Shown here: positions 12,413-24,850 of the stretch, piece after piece | Position numbering within the stretch: the stretch's first letter is position 1 | Layout: each line of letters starts with the position of its first letter | Source: Raillietiella orientalis | Lineage: Eukaryota | Reading direction: 5' to 3' | NCBI GenBank assembly: GCA_036172245.1 | Contig: JAYWIR010000030.1 | Location: 434,001-498,000 of the forward strand | Length of the DNA: 64,000 bases | Notes under the pieces: generated by a model | What the model was told of the DNA's origin: nothing | Seen by the model: only the letters and a program-made list of their open reading frames with translations | The model's database searches: none | Position numbers and translations under genes: made by a program

Positions 12413-15400
12413 GTAAGTTTTTGATAAGCTTTGTTACCTCAAATGAACCCTTCGGAGAGTCTTCCTGGTTTCCACCGCCCGGTCAGGATGTGCATGCCAC
12501 ATCCGTGGTCGCCGCGCGCGCAAGAGCCGATGGCCCACGCGGCGGGACCCATATCCGCCCCACGTCGTCCTCCGCTTCAGGCGATCCTGCATTCGCGCGA
12601 GGGAGGGTTCGCGAGTTCTCTGACCGCGTCCCGCCCTTCCGGTAATCCAGCCGCCTGACACGTACCCTCGCACCCAAGCAGGCCGGACAACGCAGCCGAG
12701 AAGCGCCGACGGCGTTCCCGACACGAGGTTGTCTTGCACCGCCTCCTTCTGCGACCTGCAAGTCCACATCCGTTGAGGAGGTCCACTCACCTCGCCTTCC
12801 TCCTTTTCTTCCTTCTCTCCTCCTCTTCCTCGATGACCTGACTTTTCTTTATGGAGAATCAGGTCCGGGCACGCGGTCGTGAGCACATCCCCGGTGTGGA
12901 GGGCGTGCTTGAAGATCTCTAGCGCCCGCCTTGACCGGGTGGCCACCTTCTCGGTTCCGTTGGCCAGGTGCTCGTTCTTTGCGGTGAGACCGAGGACTTG
13001 CGATGGTGGCTTTTCTGGCACCCAGCACCCTCTACACATGTGACTTCTCCCGCTCCTTCTTGCAGGCTCCGCTGACGAACGGGCACAGCGGAACAGAGGC
13101 GGGCAGCGGGCAATTGGCACCGATCTGGGGACCACAGGTGGTGTCCCTGGAACACCGGACGCATGAGTCTGCCCAACGCAGGACGTGATTCGCTCCCTCC
13201 TTCTCCTGGCTAGAATGGGGGGAGAGGGCCGGGCTATCCTTCTTTGGAGGGTGCGCAAGCCGGAGATGAACAAACGGGAGAACCGCTGGCTGGCTGCCAG
13301 ACGAACCAGTTCTGCTACGGTGGGCTCCCCCTCGTGTGCAGTCCTTGATTCTTGCGCCAGATCCCACCGTGGGATCTTTGCGGCCCGCGGGTGGTCACCA
13401 CCGTATCCTTCCTGAGTCCCAAAAACCCCTGCGGCGTCCACCGCCAGAGGCTATGGCGGCCGCTTCGCGGCTGGAGAAAAGTCGGATCGCCATGGTGCAT
13501 TGGGTTCCCCCTTGGCATCTTCCCCCTCCTTCAGCATCCGGGAGGAAAGCCTCCTCCTCTGCCGCTTTCTGAACCAAAGCTAAGCGAGCCCCCCCCGCTG
13601 CGCTTCCCTTGATTTCTTCGGAGAGTCCCTCCCACGCGGGTCCGACCGCTCCGCGCGCACTCCTTCCTCCCTCATTTCCTGAACCACTTCCAGTCGAATC
13701 CGCCTTGTCAAAATCTGAAGTTTATGAGTCGCGGGAATGCTATGTCCACTCCTACCCTACCGGGCACGACCGGGGCACCCTTTCCGTGCATCCGTCCAGT
13801 CTCCGGCGTTATCCTAGGACGGAAGCGCACGAGTGCGCCTTTTCTTAAGAGTAGCTGCCTCGCACGCGCGCGCGTGGCATGCAGCGTCGAAGCGCTTCCT
13901 TCGCCTCCTCCTTTCCCCAAGGCATCTCCACCCTCCTTCCGAAGTGGCAGTAGACACTGCTGTTGCTGTTGCGCTGGGGTCCTCCCCGCAACACCCACCG
14001 ACATCACTAAACGCTGGGGAGGCGGAACCCAGACTTTAGCAGGTGCGGGGAATGGAAGTCCCCCCTCCCGCACCTGCTTGTGAACTGCGTTGCCCTACGG
14101 GAACGTTTCGGAACGGCCCTACGGACTCCCGGCTGGCAACACAGGCTCCTCTTCGTGCGGGACGGAGTGTCGCCCTCCCGCTCTTAGCAGCTGTTTTCTG
14201 CAATCGCGGGACCGTGGCGGCCTGGAGCGAGCGAACGGGAAGTCATCGACCATGCAGTCCGCCTCCCGCGGACGGCAACTAGATGACCCCACCTGGGCGC
14301 TTTCCGGACGGACCTATCCTGCATTCCGGAAAGGATGCAAAGGACTTCTTTTAACAGACCGCGATCCCCTCTCGTCCTTCCACAGTGCTTTTATTTATTC
14401 TTTTCGTTTCGTTATCTTTTTACTTTCTCCCCTCCTTGCCGCTATCGAGGTGGGCGCCGCCGGCAGTCCGCGTACCGGCGACCCGGCAGACCCTTTGTAG
14501 ATTTGAACGTGGTAGGGTCGCATGTGCTCTACCACAATGGTTGTAAGTCTATTGTTGTTCCAATAAATACGTCGGCGTGACAGGGAGGTCCCCGAGACAT
14601 CTCTGGCATCGCGACAGGTGGGAAGTGGGTGAAAATAGAAGGTGCGACGACCTCAATTCGGGTGGTTGCGCACTCCTTGGTCGTTGGTGAGCACGCGAGA
14701 AAGCTGGGGTGTGTGGTCCCTGCAACTTGCAGGATGGCGCGAAAGAGAGACCCTCCGGAACGTGAGAGCGGCGTCTGCCTTTTGTCTCCCATGGCCCCCG
14801 GGTTGGATTCCGTCCGCTGTGGGAAAAGGTCAGGTGCTGGACCTCCGTTCCATTCTCCTTCTCTCCCTCCAGGGAGATTTTCGATTGCGCCGCTGCGCAC
14901 CAGAGTGAACGGGCCGAGGGCGACCGTCCCGGCGTGTGCGCTCCCCGTGTAAGGGCGTGCGCGGGGTCTCTTTCGGTCCACTTGAAGAACCGCCACCACC
15001 ATTGTGGTAGAGCTTCACCACCACTGTGGGAAAGGTGGCAGCATCCCGGCACGCGCACGAAACCACCCGCAGAGCACGTGAGGTCAGGGGCTTGGCTAAC
15101 CGTCCGACCCTTTTCTGAAGAGGCGTGAATTCGACCGAGCGAGGGCGCACGCGAGCAGGTTCGGACAGGATCTGCAGCCAGGACGAGGCTTCTGCCACTT
15201 GAACCCGCCGCAGCCGCCTGCAATCGAGGATTTGGGAGGAGGCACTCCGAGAGAGAGGGGGAGGAAACGTTCCTCACCACCACACACTTTCCCTCCCTGT
15301 TTGCCTGATACCACGTGACTCTTCCCCGTTCAAGTCGAACGACGCACCCGACGCCTTCCGCCCTCAACCACCCGCATCACATGGAAGCACTCAACGGCCG

Positions 15401-16845
15401 AGGACTTGGCGGCGCGGATAAGCCTCCGAAAAAGGCAGGAGAGCGTCTGGAACAATCGCACACACCCTCTCCCTCCATCGATCCCGTAGATCACACCTTG
15501 GACAGTTTGTAAAAACAACAGCAAGAAAACCTACCACGGTACGTCGCCGTTTGCAGGCCGTCACACCAACGCTGAACAGCCTCAGAAGTCCTCCTATCAT
15601 CCTCCGTGCGTGCGCACTCTCCGAGTCGCAGTCGCTTTCTTGCGTGCTGGTCGCATCAGGACTGTTGCCAGGGAACGCTTCTCGGCGCTCGCGCATCACC
15701 CCGGAACCGAAACGCTTCACCGGAGGCACCCCTCCTTCCTTCAAGAAGAGCTCCTGAGGGGAGGGCCTCCTCCTACCCGTCTGGGAAGCGCGCACACGCC
15801 TGGGAACTACGCGTCCGGGAGCGGCAGATGCAGCGGCAGCTCGCCGTCTCTGCAAGGGAGGAACCCATCGAGATCCAGGGAGGAAGAGGAATCTTCCGGC
15901 AGATCTCAGCAGCAAGTCTCTGGAGTTCCTATTTCCTCCGGCGCTCGCAGCACATGCGGAAGGGGGTATGACCCCTCACTACCGAGCATGGCTCTGCCTC
16001 CCGAACTCCCGAGGATTCGGTTTTGTCTTCGGTTGATCAAAATTCCGAGAGAGGAAGGCACAGATGAGCGTGCTACGCGACCGACAAAGAAGTGTTTTTT
16101 CCAGGAGGCCAACGTGCGACTGCGACAAGGAACAGGAAGCCGTTTCGTAGCTCCGCAGAGAATTACCTTCGCCGACGCACTGCACCCATGGACGTCGGCA
16201 AGGAAAAAAAAAGAAGAAAAAAACAGTGGAGCATCCGGCGAGATTCGACTCGCAAGGTTAGCTGGGATGAGTCAGCAGATGCACACGTCTCATGCGTTCA
16301 GTCATTTCAGCCACGATCGAAGTAGAGAGGTTGCAAGGCAGAAAACGATACAAAACAAAAGGAGTACTTCACAGGCTGAAGAGGCGAACTGAAAGACCTA
16401 CGGCTAGACCTAGTGTTTGGGACGTGGTCACGCGCGCATGCCCAGCCCGAGATGGCGCGCGCGTCATCGAATCTTCCAGCGGCGCCAAAAGGAGTCGGCG
16501 GCCGCTGGCCGCGCGTCTGTTTGCCCCCCCCTTAAATTCGCTGCATTCTGCACGACAAGGGAGCAATGGCGCTGAATGCCTCCTTTTGGTTTCCTCTGCC
16601 ACGCCCACAGTACGAGCAAGCTGACCCGTGCTTCGTACTGACCTGTGGATGAATGCCCGCGTCCGTTGAGAGGCACGGCTCCAACTCGAGCATCGACTCG
16701 AGAAGGCGGAGTTGTCCGAAATGGATGCATTGTTGCGTAGTTCGGAGGGGGGGGGGACGAAGGACTTGAAACGGGAATTGCTGATCGATCCGTCGGTACA
16801 TCCGCATTCCAACCGAACCCACCCCAAAACCGTGCAAGCCAAGAA

Positions 16846-16876
16846 ACACACACACACACACACACAAAAAAAAAAA
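16846..16876. repeat. (CA)n microsatellite followed by an A run
   Basis: Directly visible. Confidence 0.9.
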
Positions 16877-18429
16877 CTTTTCCCTTTGAAAATCTAAGGC
16901 GTTCCTTGCGCAGTTTAAGTAACTCCAGTGACCCACGATAATGACAATTATAATAATAAAGCCGTGCTTGTGTTCACGCACAAACGCGTCCTACGTGTTT
17001 TCTGCACGGCAAAAAGTGGAACACCAAGATGCTCTCTCGTGAAAGAACTCGTGAGAGAAGACGGTGGGCAAGACCAGGCACGGAACACTCGGGTGTGCGT
17101 GCGGTTTCTCCGCGCCCTTTGGAACGCTGTGCCGGGCCTCATCGGCAAAGGGTAAGACCATTCTCCTTTTCTCCAGAGAGAAGCTGGTAGGGATCCTCTT
17201 AAGCGGCTGGATGCAAGTCGCGAATCAGTGGGGCCTCACAGGGCATGCTTGCATGGACTGTGCCAGAAACCGCTCGGCTTTGGTACGGAGGACGAGCCCT
17301 GCGGCTCACCAAGCAAGCGAAGCGCTCCATCGAACGGACCAGAAGAGGAATCCCTAGCTGCTCTCAATCTGGAAGGGCAGCTTCCTAGCGACACCCCAGC
17401 TTGTCATCGGGGAAGCATCCCCACAGTCCCCGGCGCTTAATGAAAGAAACCTGAAATCTCGAAGGGATGCGGCAGGTTCTCTGCCGCCGCAAGTTTCATA
17501 AAGGGCCACGCTAGAGAGAACCGGCGAGAAGGATAACGGGAAAAGGAGTTCGCGGTCCGTGAAACGGAGGGGCAGGGATCCTAGGGAGGAAAGACAAGTG
17601 CTGCAAGGGTAGCCGATGGACTGTTCGAAGTATGGCGCTCCGGATGGCTAGCCCGCCGCTTCTGTCTGGCAAGGGAGACACCCTCTCCTTCTCTTCAGGT
17701 TCCCCTGCTCGACGAGCGGGAGGAGCTGTCCTCTGGAGGACTTAGCAGGGAGGTCACCCCATCCCACTTCCCAGTCCTAACGGGAGAAGCCGGGAACTGG
17801 AGAATGACCAAACCTGGACTCTTCCTTGTAAAGAGGACTTGGAACGCAGAGAGCCTATGGCGCCTAATGTTGAATGGACACCCAAATCAGTCGAAAAAAA
17901 AAAAATTCGAATCCCTCAAGAATGGAGGGAACGGAGGAGGGAGAGGGTGGAGATCTGTGACCGTTTGGTTCTGAAGAAGAGCTTTCTCTCTGCTCACCCA
18001 TTTCTTTCCTAGAGGCGAAGGCTCCGGGATCTGAAATCTCTCTTGATGGCATCTTCGGCATCTCCCCCTTCTTCCCTTCCTCCCCCTGCACGCTACCCAA
18101 GAAACAACGCAGAGGAGGGAAGATGGGAGATATGGAGAGCGCGCTTGGGAGAGACCACCGGAAAGCCTCGTTTTTTCTCGTGTTCCTGAGCTGGTTCCTG
18201 AGTAGGTCACTCTTGTTTCTTCCCCTCTCCTTGGATTCGAGGGAGGGAGAGAAAAGGAGACTACTGCAAGCGGGCGATGCTCAAGCGGGGAGAGAAGCGC
18301 ACAAGGGGATGGAATACAGGGGATGGACCTCGCAGGAGCCGAAGTTCCCTATCCTGGTGCGCGCGCGCTGCCTCCCTTCAGCTCGACTCCCTCCCCCCTC
18401 CTCCAGGATCCTCCAGTATCAAGGAGTCC

Positions 18430-18835
18430 GGTTCCCTTTGGGGTTGCTTTCCGGTTGTGCAAAGGAGCAGCTTACCCTTCCTTCCTTCAAGAGGGACCCT
18501 CCGTCTCGTACCATGAAGCTGTTGGATTGATGACACCTCTCTGGAGTGCAAAGAAGCGTGCAGCTCCCTTTGGGAAGCACCCTTCTGAGAAAATTCGGAA
18601 GTGTCCCTTCGGGGTTCTCTTCAGAAGAGGAAACGGGTGCGCTTCCCTTGTGGGAATGAAGGGAACTTCGGAGAAAAAAAAAAATAGAGTGGACTTTTTC
18701 GGGGATCCCTCTGGAGAGAATCAAGAAGAGGTTCCCTTCGGGGTTCCTTCGGCGACAACCAGAGCAAAGATGTATTCCCTTCGAGGATCCCTCCCAGGCG
18801 TGAGAGGAACGGACTCCGAGCCCTTCCTGGATTCC
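18430..18835. repeat. Degenerate tandem repeat, period about 40-49 nt, core CCCTT(C/T)GGG
   Basis: Cores near 18435, 18566, 18605, 18645, 18694, 18734, 18777 and 18821. The exact 14-mer TCCCTTCGGGGTTC occurs at 18604 and 18733. Confidence 0.55.
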
Positions 18836-21781
18836 GGTAGAGTGGTCCCCTACCGGAATATCTCCTATCTTGAAGAGTTACACGCACCCTCGAATGGCAT
18901 GGAACAGAGTTAAGGAGCTGCACGAACCACCAGGCGCGCGATGGTTCTTGAGGTACCCAGCGACCCCCCCCCCAAAAAAAAATAGCCCGAAAAAAAAAAA
19001 AAAAATCTGGAAGGAAAACAGCAAAGACAAATAACTCAAAAGGATTTTCATCATCTGCTTGCAGTCGACTTCAACCGACCGAAAGCTTGACTATCCCAAC
19101 CACCTCCATCCCTTAAACTTCTGTTCCGGGCGAGCAGCGCCAGATTTAGCGGGTGTCTCCCTCGCTGACCACCGGAAGTCTTCCGCTTTGATGAGACCCC
19201 TTTGATGAAATGTTGGGTCTCAAGAAGAGGCGGAGCTTCTGGACCAGGCGTTGAGTCGACTTGGGGAAAGAGGATATGGGAGAAGGAAAGGAGTCCAATG
19301 TCAGTTACCCTGCTCTTTGTCGCTTCGGAGGACGGTTTTTTGAGGGTTTATTTTCCCAGCCTCCTGAGTTTGAGCACTGGTCAGCCGTCCCTCTGACTTG
19401 TAGAGGCTGTGAAGAGAAGCGGCGTTGCCCACGTCTCTGATAGCTCAGTAGCAGCTTTCTCTAGTGATGGCGGAGCCAGAGACGGGAGATACGGTGGAAA
19501 TCAGAACTTCACGCCACCCCTTACCATTCTCGTTTTGGTGAAACAAGAAACAAGGAACGTCATTCATCTCTCTCGACTTTTCCAGTGTTTCATCCGGAAG
19601 CTGAGCACGAAGAAGACTCCGCCTCAGGTATGCGCATCAGAAAGGCATTCCTTTTTTGGTCGTGGTTTTCTCGGACAACCCGAGCATACTTGCTAGGGTC
19701 ATTTCTAGATGTACCAAGACTCTTCTACATAGCTGGAAAGATAGAGAGTAAGATTCTCCTGCAATGATCCGGCAGGTTACCTCCTGCCAGATAGCGAGGG
19801 TTGCCAAGCCCATCGCTCAAAGCGAGGCGACGTCCCGGAGAATGGTCGAGAGGCCAGCTAGCCCCAATGAAGCAACACCCAGTGCCTAGACGGAAGAATT
19901 GCTTAGCAGATCTTCTGAACATTCCAGAGCCGCAGTGATTTCCATTTGGACAACTCTATGCTCTCTCTTAAGTAGGCTGCGGCTTTGCTCTTCGTCCACT
20001 GTGACTTCCCGTGCAACCAGCGTCGAGGCTGCTGGACGAGGGAGAGCGGGTCTCTACCAGCCGCACCAGATGCGGGGAGAAGGAAATGTCCCCTCAGCTG
20101 CTTATGGACTACAGTTCTCTCCAGGACAGCTGGAAGCTCATCGCGGCTGGCTTACTCCACCGCGGAGGCACCCTGAGGGTGCTGATTCGGACGCGCTTTA
20201 CGTGCAGCAGACTTTCGCCTGCCTCCCTGCTCGCAATCCCGTGCTGCATGAGGAAGATCGTGAGCACGAAAAGGCGCTCCAGAAAAAGTAGGGAAAGACA
20301 CACGCCTCACCTTCTCGGTGATAGGGAATGTGGCGAAGTGATCTCACTGGCAACAAGCGATAAGGCAGGACTCCTCCTGCATCGCGCGCGCAGGCTGCTG
20401 CAGAAGACGCGGAGAGTTTAACTAGTGATCCTTCCCCCTGTCTTTCTTATTTATTTTTTATTTTTTTTATTTATAGTTTTCCCTTTAACATCTCATCCTT
20501 TCTGTGTGGTCGACCTGAGAGTGGTGATTCCCTCCTCCTTGAGCTCCAAGAGTCACAGAGTTCATGGATTCACTCGAAGAGTCAGAGTAGGATCGATCTG
20601 CTTCGCTGGGTTCCTCTCAGCTTAACCCAACGGCTGGCGCGCGAAGCCAAGTCAGATCTCGCCCAGGGCCCTGAAAGGCAGATCGAGTTGGGCCAGAACA
20701 CTCTGAGAAAACTTCGATATTCCGGGCTGCTTGGTCGGCGCTTCCGTCCTTACCTCTTGCTACCAGTCCATCGCTGGTGCCCTGGAGAGTCCCCAGTGTA
20801 CGAGGAGCGTCAGCACTTCCGAGCAAGGAGGGCCTCCAAGGGACAGCGAGGGTCCCTCAGGGCGTGTTTTTAGAATGCATCAGATGGCGTGTATCACACG
20901 GACACGGAAACCCCCCGACTGTCAGTGTCTCCCAGGAGCTGCTCAGACTGCTCTGGGCTTACCGGTTGCTTCGTCGCTGGTCATCCTCTTCCACTTGCGA
21001 TCAGCAACGATCCCCCAAAATGGAAGAAGAGCGTGGCTGCTATACCAGAGAGCTGATCGCAAATCGCCATCGCCCTCAGGCAAAGTGCGACGAAATGGTA
21101 CAAGCTGGGAGGTCGAACAAGAAGAGGCTTCATAAAGTTGTGGACAGACTAGCTCCATTTGGTAGCACCCCATTCTTCCCCACCCTCTTATCCCGGTCCG
21201 GAACAGGCCCTCAGCAGTCATGTTCATCCCCATGAACATGACTGCTGGTCTATCCCATTCATATTTATGTATTTTTTTTATTGACGCTCCCCCTCCATTC
21301 CCATCCTAGTTCAGTCCATTCATCTCCAGATAGCACGAGTCGGGGTTATTGCAAAAGTTTATTTATTTACTTATTTTAAATAAGTGGCAATCTGAGATGA
21401 GAAGTGTCTGTTTTTCCGGCTTCCGTGCTCCGGAAGGTGGCTGGGTCTTTGATACGAAACCCTCCCTCCCTCCTCTCTGAAGACGCCTTCCAGTAGCGTA
21501 CAGGAGTTCTGCCTTCCATTACCGGCGCCACTGTCCGAGCAGCCGACTGCAGCAGCCCGCGGAAGGAACAGAGACTATGCCCGCCATCCATCGACTACGC
21601 CCTTCTCTCACCAGAAGCAGAGAGAGGGATTCGAAACTCGAGGCGCTTCCGAAGCACTGGAAGAGCTGCAGCGGTGACGCGCGTGACCCCGTAGTCTCTC
21701 TGGAGAGACTCATGCAGCCGGCTCGTTGATTTCGCAGTGCAAGAATAGGGATCCTCAGCTGTCCCTGGCCTTCGTTGCGAT

Positions 21782-21784
<3 letters not shown>

Positions 21785-21816
<32 letters not shown>
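21785..21816. repeat. Long poly(T) tract
   Basis: About 32 T residues, directly visible. The window has many similar A/T and G/C runs. Confidence 0.9.
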
Positions 21817-21823
<7 letters not shown>

Positions 21824-24560
21824 ATCACGTCATGGAGCTCTGGCCGAATGGAAGGAAAGTGGAAGACGTGGGAATAAGAGATAGGAAAGAAAAGGTAGAA
21901 AGTATAGCATATGAAGGAATTGTAAGCAAGTGCATGAATGTGGCCTTGAAGCAAAAGCAGATAATGAAAAAATACTACAGCAGAATGAGGCAGTCTCAGC
22001 AAGCAGAATCGCTCTAACCTGTCCGGGTCGTCTAGGTCGCTCTCGCAATCCCAGGATCAAAAGGAGTAGGGGGAAAATGAAAAAAAAAAAAAAAAAAAAA
22101 AACTTTCTCTTGAGCACCACAACGTCCGGGAGAACGTGGAGCTCTTGCGCAGACGGTGCAAACCGCGGGTCTCGCGGGAAACCACGAAGAAGTGCACAGA
22201 GTTTAAGGAGAGCTGGGGCGGACGAGATGCTCCGAGCTTTCGCGCCAGTGCTCGTAGGTTGCCTACGCTCCCAGATTACTTCCCTTTTATCTTCGCCCTG
22301 GAGACGAATTCGAAATCCGTTATTCTGTGGCGGAGGATTTCTGATTGCTTGACCACTCTATTTACACAAGCAGATAATGCAATGATCGATCTGTATCTTC
22401 ACTGCACTTCTAAAGCAAGATCAAATAAGCAAATCTAACAATTGCATTTGGCAGTTATCAGCTTTTAGATAAAGGAATCCCAGGTTCTGAGAATGCTTAT
22501 CTCTGAGATAATTTTTCTTCAAATAACAGAAAGATTCATGCAGCCGCTGCGGCGATACGTAAGAAGTCTGAACTGGAAGTGAGAAAAAAAAAAAAAAAAA
22601 CATGCATCGGACTGCCGCGTTGACACTAAGAAAGAGTAAGTTTTCCATATTTTTCCTACTACTACTGTTCAGTTGAATAATCGTTTAATCAAAGATGAGA
22701 GAAACTGCCGGGCTCTCGAGTTTTCTGTGGTTCTCACAACGATGAGGAGACCGGCAAGAATGAGCGAGTGGCAACCGTGAGACGCGATCGTACGAATGCA
22801 AAACGGAAACGTTTTTGTCCCACCGAGAAACGCAAAGGGGGGGGGAGGTAATGGAAATCATGAAGACTTACTGATTCGATGATTGCAACGGAGAAGGCTT
22901 TCAAAGAATCATCCTGCCCGTAATCTTGCGAATTCATTGCCGCCTTCATCGCAGTAGCACTGAAGAAGCTAATTGAAGATACAGTGTCGACGGGAACCCT
23001 GCTAAATCCTGCCATTCGAGGGAAAAAGGGGGGAAAGCGTGGTCGGACGGGGTGGGAGGAAAATTCCGGAAACCCATCGAAACAATGGGCCGAATGTGAC
23101 GCAACAGACGACATTTCGTTTTGCCAGCCGGCCGTTCCAAAGGAAGGATGGGAGGGGGGGGGGGGGAAGTGGGCTTCGCGCCATTTTGGAATCATTACCA
23201 TTCCGAACCGAAATGAACATGCGAATAATCATCATTGGGCAGTCGCGGTTAAAAATTACGGAAATTATAGTCCGGTAGTTCTTGGAAACTCAACCCTTGC
23301 AAACATTTTTAAGTGGGTCGCATGGGATCGGCACACTCGGAAGGTGAGTGCGTCGATTAAGCCAGGACACTGGTTTGACCGTTGCTGCTGCCCATTAGTA
23401 GGGATATGGGGGGTATGGCCGGGACTTCATTTCTCGTCCCCCCTCCACCCCTCCCATCGTAAAATGCGAACTCTGCAGCACACGACTTCGCCGCGGATGG
23501 AAATTTTCTGTTGGGGAAAAACTGTTCCCCTGCAAGAAGCGTGGAGAAAGGTGCGAGCCGAAAAAGCATCAGCCAAAAGAAAAATCACAAAAGGCAAGGA
23601 GAGCCGCAAAGTTCTGGCAATAAGCGCTGATTTCAATGAAGGATAGAGGCAGAAGATTTGTATTTTCATTTGATCTGCGGCTTCATGAATATTCGGGAGG
23701 AACATTTGTCCCCAAGGGCAGTTATCAAATAATGACGAAGATTCATTGAAACTGCTACTTGTGAAAGGTTTCCAAGGATTCCTTTCCTTGGGAACCGTCG
23801 TTCGTGAGGGATTGTGGAAAGAGTTTCCTGAAAGTATACAGAGAATGGTTCGAATTAGGAATCACTGCTTTTCTGATTCGATAACATAGGGTGGTGCCTT
23901 TTCGTAATAGTAAAATATTACGGAATCTCTGAATCAAATGTTTAATTGCTCAAGATTTTTGCCTTGTTCTTGAACACACCAGAAGGCACATTATCAGAAG
24001 GGGGGGGGGGGGGAGGACCTTATTGCTATTGCGTTTGAATTTTGTTGACATGGTCTCGGTATTCTATTAAGATACTGAAGAACCCTGCGACGACCGAAAA
24101 ACAGTATGGGAACCATCCAGTTACTGATAAAGTTAAAGAGCATGCCTTCGGACTCTACACCAATGACTAATTGCCAATGCGGACTTCCGAAGAGGGGCAT
24201 TTCCTGGAGTTGCGAATACCAAGCCAAGAACTACGTTCGTTCGAAATTGCATTCAGCCACACCACACCATACCTACGGCAGGCATCGTTATGACTGCTCA
24301 AGCAGTCTTGGATTTCCGTTGGGATGCTCATTCAGCTCGTTTATCATTCAAATGCCCTCCTCATGAGTAGGGTACTTGGTGTGGGGGGAAAGGCACAGTG
24401 CTCAACTTTCCTCTTTCACCGGCCAGAACGAAAACAGAGAGGCAACGAAAGTCTTCGCATCGTACACCAGCTTCCACAATCCACGGTGCAATCATATAAT
24501 TATGCACCATTCAAGTTCTGAGAGCGCTTTCACTTCTCCGGTCTCATGTCTAACGTGTTT

Positions 24561-24850
24561 CTCTCTCTCTCTCTCTCTCTCTCTCCTTTTTTTTCATGCA
24601 AATCATTCTCGGTGTATCTTCTGGAGGATGTGACAACCTTCCATCCGTAATAATAACCACAAGTTGACATGACCGTACGACGGGATCATCATTAGTGATT
24701 ATTCTTGTCACGTTTTACAGTGTTTTTATTTTCACGTTCGTTTTTGTTTCCTTGTGGGTGGGTGTGTTTCTTTTCATGTTCTTTTTTTTTCTCCCCCTCT
24801 TTTCCTTTCAAACTCATGCAGGAGTTTTCCACGCTTCCACTTGTTGGCAG
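24561..24850 (+). promoter_or_regulatory. Candidate promoter and 5' micro-exons of the GPI-anchored gene
   Basis: (CT)n/GAGA tract at 24561-24584 and Inr-like TCATTC at 24603-24608. A possible donor follows AT (24628-24629|gtgaca). A 29-nt exon at 24822-24850 has a strong polypyrimidine tract with cag and a gtattg donor, and its phase-1 end matches exon 27086. Confidence 0.35.

Noticed and set aside
18430..18835. CRISPR-like periodicity
   Set aside because: Repeats are short and degenerate, there are no cas genes, and the context is intron-containing eukaryotic DNA.
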